Source: an uncultured Candidatus Saccharibacteria bacterium (lineage in GTDB: Bacteria; Patescibacteriota; Minisyncoccia; Portnoybacterales; UBA2143). From it: DNA of 55,309 nucleotides. The notes below the pieces were generated by a model. It did not search any database. It saw only the letters and a program-made list of their open reading frames with translations, and was not told the origin of the DNA. This document shows, piece after piece, positions 36,057 to 45,806 of the stretch. Where the stretch lies: contig CAZQUN010000006.1 in NCBI GenBank assembly GCA_964596615.1, forward strand, positions 1 through 55,309, read 5' to 3'. The position numbers and the translations under genes were made by a program. The first letter of the stretch is position 1; each line of letters starts with the position of its first letter.

Positions 36057-36617
36057 CTATTGGTTAATCCCTAAAAGCTCAACTTCGAAGATTAATAAGG
36101 CGTTGGGTGGAATTACTCCCGAAGCCCCGCTCTCGCCATAGCCGAATTGAGGTGGAATTATTAATCTCCTGACTTCTCCGACTTTCATGCCATTAATTCC
36201 TAAATCCCAACCCTGGATTACTTGTCCAGCGCCTAAATCAAAACTAAAGGGCTGGCCCCTGTCTAAAGATGAATCAAATTTAGTTCCATCCTCCAGGTAG
36301 CCGGTATAGTGGGCAGTAATTTTATCGCCGTTTTTAGCGACTTGGCCTGTTCCCTCTCTTAAAATCTGGGCAGTAATTTTAGTTCGGTCAATTTCCATTG
36401 CCTGTGTATTTTCCTCTGAATTATTTGATTCTTCCTTGGTATCTTCCCGATTAAAATCTATTCCTTCAATTTTATCTTTATCACCCTGAAAAAGCTGGAA
36501 AAGGAAATATATGCCGCCGATAAGAACGAGGGAAATGACAATTAGATAGATTACTATTTTAGTTTTATTAGACATAGTAAAACGGCTGACCATCGTGGAC
36601 AACGTTCGGACTATCAT
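36057..36617 (-). CDS. FKBP-type peptidyl-prolyl cis-trans isomerase, membrane-anchored
   Basis: It contains [59 protein letters not shown]...LIFEVELL. The start is uncertain, with ATGs at 36617, 36593 and 36575. Confidence 0.9.
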   Translation of the reverse strand: MIVRTLSTMVSRFTMSNKTKIVIYLIVISLVLIGGIYFLFQLFQGDKDKIEGIDFNREDTKEESNNSEENTQAMEIDRTKITAQILREGTGQVAKNGDKITAHYTGYLEDGTKFDSSLDRGQPFSFDLGAGQVIQGWDLGINGMKVGEVRRLIIPPQFGYGESGASGVIPPNALLIFEVELLGINQ

Positions 36618-36701
36618 CCAGCGACAGAAAGATTATATCTACATTCCAGATTTAAGCCCGCAAGGTTAATTTATTAGATGTAGTTTCTACCAGAATTACA
36701 A

Positions 36702-36887
36702 TCATTTCATAAAAAAATCTTTAAACCGCATCCAAATAGAAAACAAAGGATTGGATTCAAATGAACCATATTCGCCATAAATTTTTATTGTATAGGGATA
36801 TTTAATAGATACAACAATCCAAAGTCCTAAATACAGAAATACCAAAAATCCGATAACTAATAAAAAAATTTTAGACTTTTTAGACAT
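36702..36887 (-). CDS. Small membrane protein, unknown
   Basis: 61 aa from the ATG at 36887 (MSKKSKIFLLVIGFLVFLYLGLWIVVS...). The track start at 36959 is a TTG. Confidence 0.4.
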   Translation of the reverse strand: MSKKSKIFLLVIGFLVFLYLGLWIVVSIKYPYTIKIYGEYGSFESNPLFSIWMRFKDFFMK

Positions 36888-37103
36888 AAAAATCAATAAT
36901 TGAAGTATATCAAATTTTACCCCACCCTTCAACTCGCCTATATTATAAAAAAGAGGCAAGAGCCGTAATTCTGGCTTTTACCCCCTTAACCTTAACAGAC
37001 CAACTACATTTTGAGATTTGGATTCCTCTCCTTTGGTTCTTTGAGTTCTCTGTGGATGTCTTTCGGCTTTGGGTTCTGTCTGCCATAAATTTGTTTTAAC
37101 TAC

Positions 37104-38117
37104 CTATTCTATTGGGGAAGCCGTAAGAACATTTTTTATTTTCCAAAAGGATTGTATAATACCCAGATTCTCATAATCACCACCACTAAGCCAAGTTGCT
37201 ATACCAACAATACATATTTCGCCGTCTATTTTTGAAACAGCCAATCCACCCGAAATACCAGAATCAATTTTTGCAGTAGTATAAAAATCCCCATTACTAT
37301 CTATACCGCTAATTATTCCATCAAGAACAATTAAATTTCTTTCGGAAATAACCAGTTCTGGTTCTCCTACACAAGGAAATTTAGGATTTAATTTGTTTAG
37401 AAAACAAGGGTCTGACATTTGATATTCTGCACCAGCTGAAGGATACCCGAAAACATATACTTTTTGACCAATAATGCCTTCGTCTGGGAAAACACCATCA
37501 AAAATATTCCCCTTTGAAGAACAAATAGGATAGTAGCTTAATAAAAGAGACTGCAAAACATCATCGGGAATAGAGGGTCTGTCTTCAACTTTTTCGCCGT
37601 GAATTTCTTCTGGATATTTAAGCAAGGCTATATCTATATCATCATCTAAGAAATGAGTTTTTTCATCATAAGTATACATACCAAGATATCTTCCATATTT
37701 TCCTTGAATTTCATTAAAGAAAATAGAACAGAAATTGAAATTATACCCCTCTTTAGTCATCTTTTTTAATTGGGCTACGTGGGCGTTGGTTAATATATAA
37801 CCCTTATTGTAATTAAATCCTTCTTCTGTGAGATTCTTTCCAGTGATTGAATTTTCAGAAAGATAAATCCCAGAACCATAAATGTCTTCACCCCATTGAC
37901 CATCACCATCTTCATCATACAAACATTCTAATCCTACTATTGATTTTGATATCGTTTCTATTTCTTCATTTGTTAGTTCTTGTGTTTGAATATTTTCTTG
38001 AGAGTCTTTATGAGATTTGGTAATTTGGGTGTAGACAAGATAACCGCCAACCGAAAGCAAGATGACAGCTCCCACAATAACGATTATAAGAACCATTGAA
38101 AGTCTTTCCTTTTTCAT
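37104..38117 (-). CDS. Trypsin-like (S1 family) serine protease, membrane-anchored
   Basis: The putative triad contexts are ILTNAHV (His), DIDIALLKY (Asp) and KIDSGISGGLAV (Ser). It has an N-terminal TM segment. Confidence 0.7.
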   Translation of the reverse strand: MKKERLSMVLIIVIVGAVILLSVGGYLVYTQITKSHKDSQENIQTQELTNEEIETISKSIVGLECLYDEDGDGQWGEDIYGSGIYLSENSITGKNLTEEGFNYNKGYILTNAHVAQLKKMTKEGYNFNFCSIFFNEIQGKYGRYLGMYTYDEKTHFLDDDIDIALLKYPEEIHGEKVEDRPSIPDDVLQSLLLSYYPICSSKGNIFDGVFPDEGIIGQKVYVFGYPSAGAEYQMSDPCFLNKLNPKFPCVGEPELVISERNLIVLDGIISGIDSNGDFYTTAKIDSGISGGLAVSKIDGEICIVGIATWLSGGDYENLGIIQSFWKIKNVLTASPIE

Positions 38118-38146
38118 AGATTTATTTCCTCTTATTTTATCCTACT

Positions 38147-38196
38147 CCTTAACTCACTATTTTCAAGGTTTTACCCTGCCCCTCAACTCACTATTT
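38147..38196. repeat. Two 16-nt direct repeats, CCTTAACTCACTATTT (38147-38162) and CCTCAACTCACTATTT (38181-38196)
   Basis: The two copies differ by 1 mismatch and start 34 nt apart. They lie in the gap between the protease gene start and the first gene of the R-M block. Confidence 0.6.
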
Positions 38197-38388
38197 ATTA
38201 AATTTCCTTTTTGGCTTCTTAATGTATCTTTCGGGATTTTCTCTCATATCAATTTTAAGCAATAAATCAAAATAGCCAACAAGGTTATTGACCATCTCGC
38301 TGGCTTCGGCGAATGAAACCTCTCTATCATAGTCTTCTTTTATTATTTTTTGAAATTCTAAAATGCGTTCTTTTGAAACTTGGGTCAT
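38191..38388 (-). CDS. Small acidic/basic protein, unknown, downstream of res
   Basis: 65-aa ORF with an ATG start, 4 nt after the res stop. Confidence 0.5.
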   Translation of the reverse strand: MTQVSKERILEFQKIIKEDYDREVSFAEASEMVNNLVGYFDLLLKIDMRENPERYIKKPKRKFNK

Positions 38389-38392
38389 TTGA

Positions 38393-40924
38393 CTAAATTT
38401 TCTTTACGGCTTCTGATAATTCTTGTTGTCTCTTTTGGAGCGAGGCGTCAAAGATAATATGATACTCAAAGTTTTTATTGGCTTGCTGAAATTCCCTAAA
38501 TCCCACCTCTTTAGCAAACACCTCATCAAAAAGGTCTTCTACCTTGCCCTTGTATTTCTTCTTGTTCTCCTCATAAGTCGTTTTCTCTTTGTTGGATTTT
38601 ACTTCAACCACTAAAAATCTGCCTTTTGTTGTTTCTATGAGAAAATCTGGAAAATAGCGGGCAATACGCTTTTCTCTTGGATTGTAGTATTCAAAGTAAA
38701 AATCGTTGTGCGTTGAGTCGGTTGCTCCGCCTGTAAAATAAATATCGGCAATCGCTTCATCTTTATTTAAGACATCTCGCAAATATCTAAAAAGGTCTTT
38801 CTCGTCAGAGCTGTCAAAATTATACGGGTTAATATGAAATCCCAAACGGCTTTTGCCGTATGCTTTTTCCATTTTCTCTTTGTAAATTACAAGGATATTT
38901 CTGCCCTGCTCAACACTGATTTTGAACGGATATAATTTTGCCAACTCTAATTCTTCTTCAATGGTCTCTGTCTTTTCTTGATATTGATAAGCCCCAGCCA
39001 AGATATTTTGAGTAATGAACAATAGAAATGCTGGACTCTTATTTACTTTCTTGGTTATATCATTCTTTGATAATCCATTATTCTCTAAAACCTGCTCAAT
39101 AGCCAAGCAAGGCAAATGAGTATAACGATTGATAACTTCCATAACCTCATAAAATGTAAAACCGCCTCTCTCTTTTATTTCTTTTTTTATTCTTGCTTCT
39201 TTATAGCCAGCCTGTTTGGCTTCATCTAAAAATATGCCGCCTTCCGTAATGAAAGAAAAATAGTTTTCGGGCTTGAATTTTCTAAGGTCAAATTTGATTT
39301 TATCTAAATCTTGATTTTGAACTGATAAAATTTCTTTAAGTGTCTTTTTTACTTTTAGTTTCTTCTTTTTCTCTATTTTAAGAGTATGTTCAATGGTTTT
39401 TTGGTCTTGAGCTGACAATTCTTCAATATCAGTAGCAAAGTTATTTTTAAGCTCTTTATCTAAAATGCGATAGTTTTCTTCTGAAAGGAAAATTGAAGCC
39501 AGCGTTGAATTATCGCCTATACTACGCAGGCAACGGGTTGAAGATTGTAAGACAAAAATGGCACTTCTTGGTCTCCTGTATAAAGCACAAGCGGCAAGCG
39601 AACGGCAATTCCAACCCTCTGTGCCTTTGCCAACGAGCAGAATAAATTGCTTCCTACTATCAATTGTATCAACAACAATAAACTCATCTTTATTTTCTTC
39701 GGCTTCGGTATGATATTCTAAAATCTTATCCAGAGAGATTTTTCTCTGTGTTAAAATCTTTTCCAGTTTTGGTCTTAAATCTTTTTGTAAGTCATCAATA
39801 CTGGCAGAGTAAAAAGCTATTTTAGGCAAGCGTCCTTCAAGCCGATTTTCTCCGTATTCGCCCCAGAACTTATCTACTACATCTTCAATAAATTTCTCCG
39901 TTCTTACTTTGCTATACTCAAAAAACCTTACCTGCTTCAAAATGCCTTTTTCAATACCCTGTTTCAGCCCGAAGTGATAAACTACATCAGCAATCATTTT
40001 ATTGCTCACATAAGGCGTGCCAGTAAGATTTATTACGCCCACGACAGGCGTCTTGCCTTCTTGATGGATATAGTTAATGGTCTGACGGGTTTTCTTTAGT
40101 GTGCCCTCAAGCGTCTTGCCGTAAGAGTGATGGGCTTCATCAACAAATACGATTAAATCTGTCAATTGTCTAATAGCCTGCAAACGCCTGTTTTCTATCT
40201 CACGCTTCGTCATATACTGCCAGTCAGAAAACAATCGTTGAGTGTTATTATTGTTTCGTTGGGTCTTCAAAATTATCTTCTGGGAATTAGAAATAATGAC
40301 ATTGTAATTACCGATTGGCGACAATGGCGTGGCGACATCTTCTAAGTAGTGATATTTAATGTTCAAAAGAATGTTCTGGTATTCTTTCGGGATTACCCGT
40401 GTATAATCAAAGGTTTTAATTTCCTTCAAGCTTTCAATAATTGTCGTGTCTGGGGCAAACACTAAAGCGTTTTTGGCAAAGCGTTTGTCTTCTGGATGAT
40501 AAAAAGACAATACAAAGTCATACAACATCATCACTGCCATTAAAATCGTTTTGCCAGCTCCCATTGTAAGAGCATAAACTTGATTGGGATAGTCAGAAAC
40601 ACCGAAGCGGTCTTCCATCAATTCAGCAATCTTTTTCTCGTTATCCATCAAATCAAATGCTTCTTCTTTAGAAATTCCTAAACCGAGAAGCATATCTTTT
40701 TTATTTCCGAAAAGCGACTTAAAGACTTCCAAAGATGAATTATTACCGACAACTTCTTTTAAGTAGATATAGGTTTCCAATGCTTCAACCTGTGGCTTAT
40801 GCAAAAAACCCACTCGCTTAATGTGGGTCAAAATGTTCAGCGTTTCTTTTTCCACACCCTTATAATTATCGTCTCGCCAGAGAGCTACTTTCTGCTGGAT
40901 GTGTTGTAAAAAGGGATTTTCCAT
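38393..40924 (-). CDS. res: Type III restriction enzyme, Res subunit (SF2 helicase plus PD-(D/E)XK nuclease)
   Basis: Motif I is TMGAGKT and motif II is VFVDEAHH (DEAH). The C-terminal nuclease motif is PDFLIETTKGRFLVVEVKS. The ATG at 40924 lies 4 nt after the mod stop; the track start is a TTG. Confidence 0.9.
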   Translation of the reverse strand: MENPFLQHIQQKVALWRDDNYKGVEKETLNILTHIKRVGFLHKPQVEALETYIYLKEVVGNNSSLEVFKSLFGNKKDMLLGLGISKEEAFDLMDNEKKIAELMEDRFGVSDYPNQVYALTMGAGKTILMAVMMLYDFVLSFYHPEDKRFAKNALVFAPDTTIIESLKEIKTFDYTRVIPKEYQNILLNIKYHYLEDVATPLSPIGNYNVIISNSQKIILKTQRNNNNTQRLFSDWQYMTKREIENRRLQAIRQLTDLIVFVDEAHHSYGKTLEGTLKKTRQTINYIHQEGKTPVVGVINLTGTPYVSNKMIADVVYHFGLKQGIEKGILKQVRFFEYSKVRTEKFIEDVVDKFWGEYGENRLEGRLPKIAFYSASIDDLQKDLRPKLEKILTQRKISLDKILEYHTEAEENKDEFIVVDTIDSRKQFILLVGKGTEGWNCRSLAACALYRRPRSAIFVLQSSTRCLRSIGDNSTLASIFLSEENYRILDKELKNNFATDIEELSAQDQKTIEHTLKIEKKKKLKVKKTLKEILSVQNQDLDKIKFDLRKFKPENYFSFITEGGIFLDEAKQAGYKEARIKKEIKERGGFTFYEVMEVINRYTHLPCLAIEQVLENNGLSKNDITKKVNKSPAFLLFITQNILAGAYQYQEKTETIEEELELAKLYPFKISVEQGRNILVIYKEKMEKAYGKSRLGFHINPYNFDSSDEKDLFRYLRDVLNKDEAIADIYFTGGATDSTHNDFYFEYYNPREKRIARYFPDFLIETTKGRFLVVEVKSNKEKTTYEENKKKYKGKVEDLFDEVFAKEVGFREFQQANKNFEYHIIFDASLQKRQQELSEAVKKI

Positions 40925-40928
40925 AAAA

Positions 40929-42683
40929 TTATACCGATACCTCAAAAGTCTCAAAGTATTCTTCGCCAAGCACATCAACAATTTTTACCGCTACCGCATA
41001 CTTGCCTTTTTTCTCGTAATCCCAATCATACTTGCCCTTAATAATTTCTTTCTTGCTTGGCAAATCCATAATTTCAGCATTAAAAAGTTTGCCGTTATAA
41101 TCAACATCAATCGCAACGCTATCTACAATCTGCCTAAAATCTTTTACTTTGGCTTGATATTCTTTTTTAAGTGTTCTGGCGTTTTCAATTTCCAATTTCC
41201 TCATCAAAATTGGCGAATAAAACTCTTTAATCTCTACCAATAGTTTTTTATCCTTAGCTTTTGCTGTGATTTTTGCTTCGGGCTTTTTCTTGAAAATGAG
41301 ATTTTTCTTATCGGTTAAAATATCTCGGATTTCAACTTTTACGCCAGTCTTATTTTCCTTTTTTAAAAAATCAGATACATCAAGCTCCATCCCAGAACAA
41401 ATAATCAAAACACCTTCTTCATAAACTGGCTCGCCTGATTTTGATTTTCTCTTAACCGAGAAAGTATCAATTTTATCTTCAACATTTTTCAACGCCGTCT
41501 TAATATCCAACTTATTCAACACTCGGTTCATCGGCATTACCCTCACAAAATTATTATCCAGAACGCCATCAAAATAACTTCGCTTTATCGGTTCTACGCC
41601 ATACATTTCCATTACGATTTCTTTTGCTTCCAGTTCATTCTTGAAAACATCGTAATCATTAACATTGTAGATTTTGAACGCAGGCAAACCCTTAAAATCT
41701 TTATGCTTTTCTTTTTGTTGCCCTTGAATAACTTGATTAAGTCGTTTGGCTGTCGTTTGTATCGCTCCCAAGTTAATATCACAGGCAATCCAGCGTCTGC
41801 CAAGTTTTTGAGCTACCGCAGAAGTTGTGCCAGACCCAACAAAAAAATCAGCAACAATGTCCCCTTCATTTGAGGATGCCTTGATTATTCGTTCTAAAAG
41901 AGCTTCTGGTTTTTGAGTTGGATATCCTATATGTTCTTCGCTCATTGCATTAACTTTAATATCCCAGACATCTGACGGGATTTTGCCCTTTGGCATTTCT
42001 TTTCCTTTCTGACCGCCTCTTGTATATCTCCATTCAGTCATTTTACTTTTATAGGGAACAAGTATTGCTTCTGTATTAAAAATAAAATCTTTATTTTTTG
42101 AATATCCGTATATGTTGTCGTGTTTATAGCCAAATCTTTCCTTGCCTCGTGCTCCATAATCATAATGCCATATAATCTCATTTCTAAAATTATCCTCTCC
42201 AAAAACCTCGTCCATTATCAATCTTAAAAATGCTCCTTTGTGCCAATCGCAATGCAAATAAATGCTCCCTGTGTCAGCAAGGAGTTCACGCATAATTAAA
42301 AGCCGCTCATACATAAACTGCAAATACTCGTCTTTTTCCCAAATGTCAGTGTATTGTTTTTCTTCTAACAAACTATGCTGTTCGCCTTCTACTTTTTCAC
42401 CTCTGATTTTTACCTTCTTTACATACTCGGCTTTGCTGTCAAAAGGCGGGTCAATGTAAATCAAATCAATCTTACCCCGATATTCTTTTAAGAGATGGGC
42501 TAAAACTTGAAGGTTGTCGCCCCAGAAAAGTTTATTAAATTCTTTGGAATTTTTATCACCATAAATTTCTTTTTCTTGAGCTGGATAGTATTCTATTTTA
42601 TCCAAAGGTTTTTTGCCCGCCCATTGAAGCATTGGTCTACCTTTGGCTTTTTCAATTGATTGTAATTGTAATTTTTTAGTCAT
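40929..42683 (-). CDS. mod: Type III restriction-modification methyltransferase, Mod subunit (N6-adenine, beta class)
   Basis: Motif IV is [10 protein letters not shown] and motif I is [15 protein letters not shown]. The central variable region is TRD-sized. It lies directly upstream of res. Confidence 0.9.
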   Translation of the reverse strand: MTKKLQLQSIEKAKGRPMLQWAGKKPLDKIEYYPAQEKEIYGDKNSKEFNKLFWGDNLQVLAHLLKEYRGKIDLIYIDPPFDSKAEYVKKVKIRGEKVEGEQHSLLEEKQYTDIWEKDEYLQFMYERLLIMRELLADTGSIYLHCDWHKGAFLRLIMDEVFGEDNFRNEIIWHYDYGARGKERFGYKHDNIYGYSKNKDFIFNTEAILVPYKSKMTEWRYTRGGQKGKEMPKGKIPSDVWDIKVNAMSEEHIGYPTQKPEALLERIIKASSNEGDIVADFFVGSGTTSAVAQKLGRRWIACDINLGAIQTTAKRLNQVIQGQQKEKHKDFKGLPAFKIYNVNDYDVFKNELEAKEIVMEMYGVEPIKRSYFDGVLDNNFVRVMPMNRVLNKLDIKTALKNVEDKIDTFSVKRKSKSGEPVYEEGVLIICSGMELDVSDFLKKENKTGVKVEIRDILTDKKNLIFKKKPEAKITAKAKDKKLLVEIKEFYSPILMRKLEIENARTLKKEYQAKVKDFRQIVDSVAIDVDYNGKLFNAEIMDLPSKKEIIKGKYDWDYEKKGKYAVAVKIVDVLGEEYFETFEVSV

Positions 42684-42686
42684 ATT

Positions 42687-42831
42687 GTCGCTGAGGTTTT
42701 AAGCGTGTATCAGAGAACCAAAAAGGGTCTCCCGACACACCGACAGCCCCTTTCGGGAACTGCCCTATACCCTTTCGGATATAGACCTCAGCGACGAAGT
42801 AGTGGTCAGAAGACCCTTTTCATCGCTGAGG
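42687..42831 (-). ncRNA. Structured 5' leader of mod, with mutually exclusive helices and two GAAA-capped hairpins
   Basis: GTCGCTGAGGT (42687-42697), ACCTCAGCGAC (42785-42795) and TCGCTGAGG (42823-42831) can pair in alternative ways. AAAAGGGTCT (42721-42730) pairs with AGACCCTTTT (42811-42820). On the minus-strand RNA there are two hairpins, CUAUAUCC-GAAA-GGGUAUAG and CAGUUCCC-GAAA-GGGGCUG. Confidence 0.55.
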
Positions 42832-42882
42832 ATTTTGTGCCATACCTTATAAATAAGGGTTAGGCAATTCAATTGTTAATAC

Positions 42883-43080
42883 TTATGTCTTTTCTTTCTG
42901 ATTTAACAATTTCAAAATATCTTCTTTCCTGTATCGTCTATCTTTCCTATCGCCAAAACGAACCGCAACCAAAATACCCTTTTTGTCCCATTGACGCAAG
43001 GTATTCGGATGAACCTTTAAAGCCTCGCAAGCCTCTTGAAGTGTTAATAACTCTGGCAATTCTAATTTCATCTTTCCCAT
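42883..43080 (-). CDS. Excisionase/MerR-family HTH DNA-binding protein
   Basis: LLTLQEACEALKVHPNTLRQWDKKGILVAVRFGDRKDRRYRKEDI is an HTH_17-like pattern. The alternative ATG at 43071 forms an ATGA overlap with the upstream stop. Confidence 0.7.
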   Translation of the reverse strand: MGKMKLELPELLTLQEACEALKVHPNTLRQWDKKGILVAVRFGDRKDRRYRKEDILKLLNQKEKT

Positions 43081-43574
43081 AATTTTAATTTATCCCATTT
43101 GTTTTTTCTTTGTTCTAATTCTTGACGGAAATCCCTAAAATCAAACCAACGAAATCCTACGTCCTTTCTCTGACCCCCGCCTCTTTTAGGTTTAGAAAGA
43201 TATTTTTGATAATTTTCTTTCACTAATTTTGCTAACTCGTCTCTATTAAAAATATAAAATTCTGGTATCTGTCCGTGCTCAATCAAATTTACAAGAATAA
43301 CAAAAAATTTCTTTGTGCCAATTTTTTCTTCAATATTTTTATTTAATTTCCAACCTTGTTTATTACCTACGGACATTGTCTTTACTTGAATGTTTGCGAA
43401 CCTTGAACCATCTGGGGTAGTAGCAATAACATCAATCTCTGGGTTATTCTTAGGGGCTAAAACAGCAACAATTCCCCTGCTGGATAATTCTGCACAAACA
43501 AAATACTCTCCGCTTAGGCTAACTAATATGTTTTTTGAAATCTCTCTCATAAGATTTGATTTACAACCTAACAT
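43068..43574 (-). CDS. Hjc-like PD-(D/E)XK-fold protein (putative nuclease), unknown role
   Basis: The pattern GEYFVCAELSSRGIVAVLAPKNNPEIDVIATTPDGSRFANIQVKT matches G..E....L...G....(D)-(I/V)(I/V)A...(E/Q)VK of resolvase/restriction-type folds. The C-terminus is basic. Confidence 0.45.
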   Translation of the reverse strand: MLGCKSNLMREISKNILVSLSGEYFVCAELSSRGIVAVLAPKNNPEIDVIATTPDGSRFANIQVKTMSVGNKQGWKLNKNIEEKIGTKKFFVILVNLIEHGQIPEFYIFNRDELAKLVKENYQKYLSKPKRGGGQRKDVGFRWFDFRDFRQELEQRKNKWDKLKLWER

Positions 43575-43642
43575 TTGATAACATTATTATACAGCAGAGA
43601 AAAGCAATCTGCAACATTAAATGATTATTACCAGAAATTACT

Positions 43643-45604
43643 ATGACCCCAGAGGAAAAATTTAATCAAGAAATTTGGTGGATTTTGCAGGAAATAAAGA
43701 GAGATAACTATCTTACCCCGAAAGGACAGAAGATTGAATTTTCTTTACGAAGCCTACCGAAAACAAGAAGCGTAAGACGAAGGGATGTTGATTACGGCTT
43801 TCCGCAGGAAGAAGTCCAGCGAAAACTTTTATTCAAATTACAGGAATGGAAAGCTCTTGAGGTTCAGCCAATAGATAACGTTTTACGAGGGGGCGATATT
43901 TTCAACCCACGTATTTATGACTTAATAATCAAACAGCCAAAATTTGATGAGCTTTATAAAAAATACGAACTCGCCAATAGCCCAAAGGGAACTGAGCAAC
44001 AGGTTAAACCGATTTTAAGAAAAATTGAAAACGGAAAACTCCCATACAAAAAAGATGGGATATTTTATTCGCTCTGGAAATATGCCAACGCAAGCAGATT
44101 GACAGGAAAGAACTTAATCTCGTTTATGGATTTAGCACCTCTGGAAGGAAATCCCCGTTTCGCTATTTTTGATTTTTTAAACAGCTTGCAGGAATTAAAA
44201 ATTGAACTGGAAGACATAACCTTTCACAAAGATATTTACAAAAAATACTGCAAAACAGAACACGATTATATAACCGACTACATCACTAAAAATCCCAAAG
44301 CAGACTTCAGTAAAGCGATTAAAAAATTATTCAAAAATAAAGCTACTTTTGATGATATTTCTAAGATACTCGGCAAATTTGATGAATTTGTAAAAATGAA
44401 ATTGCAACTTAATGGGCTTTTAGAATTTGTTGAATTTAGCCCGTCTCCATCAGCAAAAAATATAAAACCCCTTAAGAAGGATTTGGAAACATACATTAAC
44501 TGCTTCATTGAGGATAAACTTTTTTCTCCCGAATTAAAGAATTTTTATAGATTTTCAAGACAGAAAGAAATCTTTTTACAACAAATAGAAAATGATGTGC
44601 AGGACTATGGATTAAATTTTGTATTCAGACAAGGAGAAATTATAGGAGTCAGAAAAGGTCGTGGTGCGACAATAGGCAAAGACGAAGCATATTTGTTCAT
44701 CCATACCTTATCAGCTTTAGAAAAGCAGGGCTTCTTTGAAATAGAGAGTATTTTAATTATAGATATGGACGTCCCACCAGAAAAACAAACTGATGACTAT
44801 AAAATTAAAATAATGGCTTCAGAAAAATTATTAAGTGAATATGGAAACAAAAAGGAAGAAACGACTTTAATAAGTAGTAAGAAGAAAATAGATTATAACA
44901 GCAAAGCAGAACGTCTGGCGTGGGAGAAAAAATGGGATACTCTCCAAACCATTAAAACAGCCTATGTTTCGTCTGGTTGGGCAAATAACATAATTATACC
45001 CATTAAAAAACTCACTATAAAAGACAGGACTACCGAAGAAATAGACAGCATTATTTCTGGTTTTCAAAAAGAAGATTATTTTAAAAAATGGGTCAGAGAA
45101 AAAGAGATTTATGTAATTGAAAATATCAATCACGATGAATTTGACAAACTCTACGCTCAAACAAAAAACATTTATAAGAAGTTTGCTAAAACCCATCAAG
45201 AAAAGAAGAAGAATCACGAAACAGCCGACCAGCCTTCAATCATTGCCCAAAAAACAAAATTTGATTCTATGACTGGCGTCTTAGCCCATAAAAACACACT
45301 TCACAAGTTTCAAAGAGGGACAAGAGGAGATAAAACAAGATTATTATTATTTAGAAAGCTATGGAATGAAAGACGTTATATCAAAAACGGAATGGTAAAA
45401 AGAAAAGGCAAACCCCTAATGCCAGAGTTTTTAGCTGTCCAATTAAACATTACCAGCGACGCCCAAACATTTAACCGCAACAAAAAAGCAAAGGACAACC
45501 TCTTTAATCTCATCAAAGGAATAAATAGAATACTAAGAAACAAAGGATTCCCAGCAAAAATAGAAAGACAAAATGCTATTCAGTTAGTAATCACGGAAAA
45601 ATAA
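43643..45604 (+). CDS. Large Lys-rich orphan protein, no recognisable domain
   Basis: 653 aa with an ATG start, followed by a clean intrinsic terminator. It is divergent from the nuclease-like gene. Confidence 0.7.
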   Translation: MTPEEKFNQEIWWILQEIKRDNYLTPKGQKIEFSLRSLPKTRSVRRRDVDYGFPQEEVQRKLLFKLQEWKALEVQPIDNVLRGGDIFNPRIYDLIIKQPKFDELYKKYELANSPKGTEQQVKPILRKIENGKLPYKKDGIFYSLWKYANASRLTGKNLISFMDLAPLEGNPRFAIFDFLNSLQELKIELEDITFHKDIYKKYCKTEHDYITDYITKNPKADFSKAIKKLFKNKATFDDISKILGKFDEFVKMKLQLNGLLEFVEFSPSPSAKNIKPLKKDLETYINCFIEDKLFSPELKNFYRFSRQKEIFLQQIENDVQDYGLNFVFRQGEIIGVRKGRGATIGKDEAYLFIHTLSALEKQGFFEIESILIIDMDVPPEKQTDDYKIKIMASEKLLSEYGNKKEETTLISSKKKIDYNSKAERLAWEKKWDTLQTIKTAYVSSGWANNIIIPIKKLTIKDRTTEEIDSIISGFQKEDYFKKWVREKEIYVIENINHDEFDKLYAQTKNIYKKFAKTHQEKKKNHETADQPSIIAQKTKFDSMTGVLAHKNTLHKFQRGTRGDKTRLLLFRKLWNERRYIKNGMVKRKGKPLMPEFLAVQLNITSDAQTFNRNKKAKDNLFNLIKGINRILRNKGFPAKIERQNAIQLVITEK

Positions 45605-45632
45605 TCGGAGTGCTAAAAAGGTGATTAAATTT

Positions 45633-45657
45633 GCCCTCAATTAAGAGGGCTTTTTTA
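45633..45657 (+). terminator. Rho-independent terminator after the 653-aa gene
   Basis: GCCCTC-AATTAA-GAGGGC followed by TTTTTT. Confidence 0.75.
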
Positions 45658-45806
45658 TTTTTGCCTATTTTATCAACTAATTTAAGTTTGGCTATGGGGT
45701 AAATTTTTGCACCCCAGTTTTTATTTCAATCACTATGAGAAAATAAAAATGTCTCTGAAAAAGAAACACAAGGTCGCCTTTAATCTATTAACCTAACAAA
45801 AATTAT

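Noticed and set aside
36960-37103. A 47-codon minus-strand ORF (MADRTQSRKTSTENSKNQRRG...) and a possible ncRNA in the gap downstream of the protease gene
   Set aside because: The ORF overlaps the next gene's upstream region, has no supporting signals, and I could find no convincing secondary structure or tRNA-like fold.
45696-45780. A second small hairpin (GGGGT...ACCCC) and a 15-codon ORF upstream of the DUF5659-like gene
   Set aside because: The stem is short (5 bp) and the ORF too small to judge. This is probably just promoter or leader sequence.
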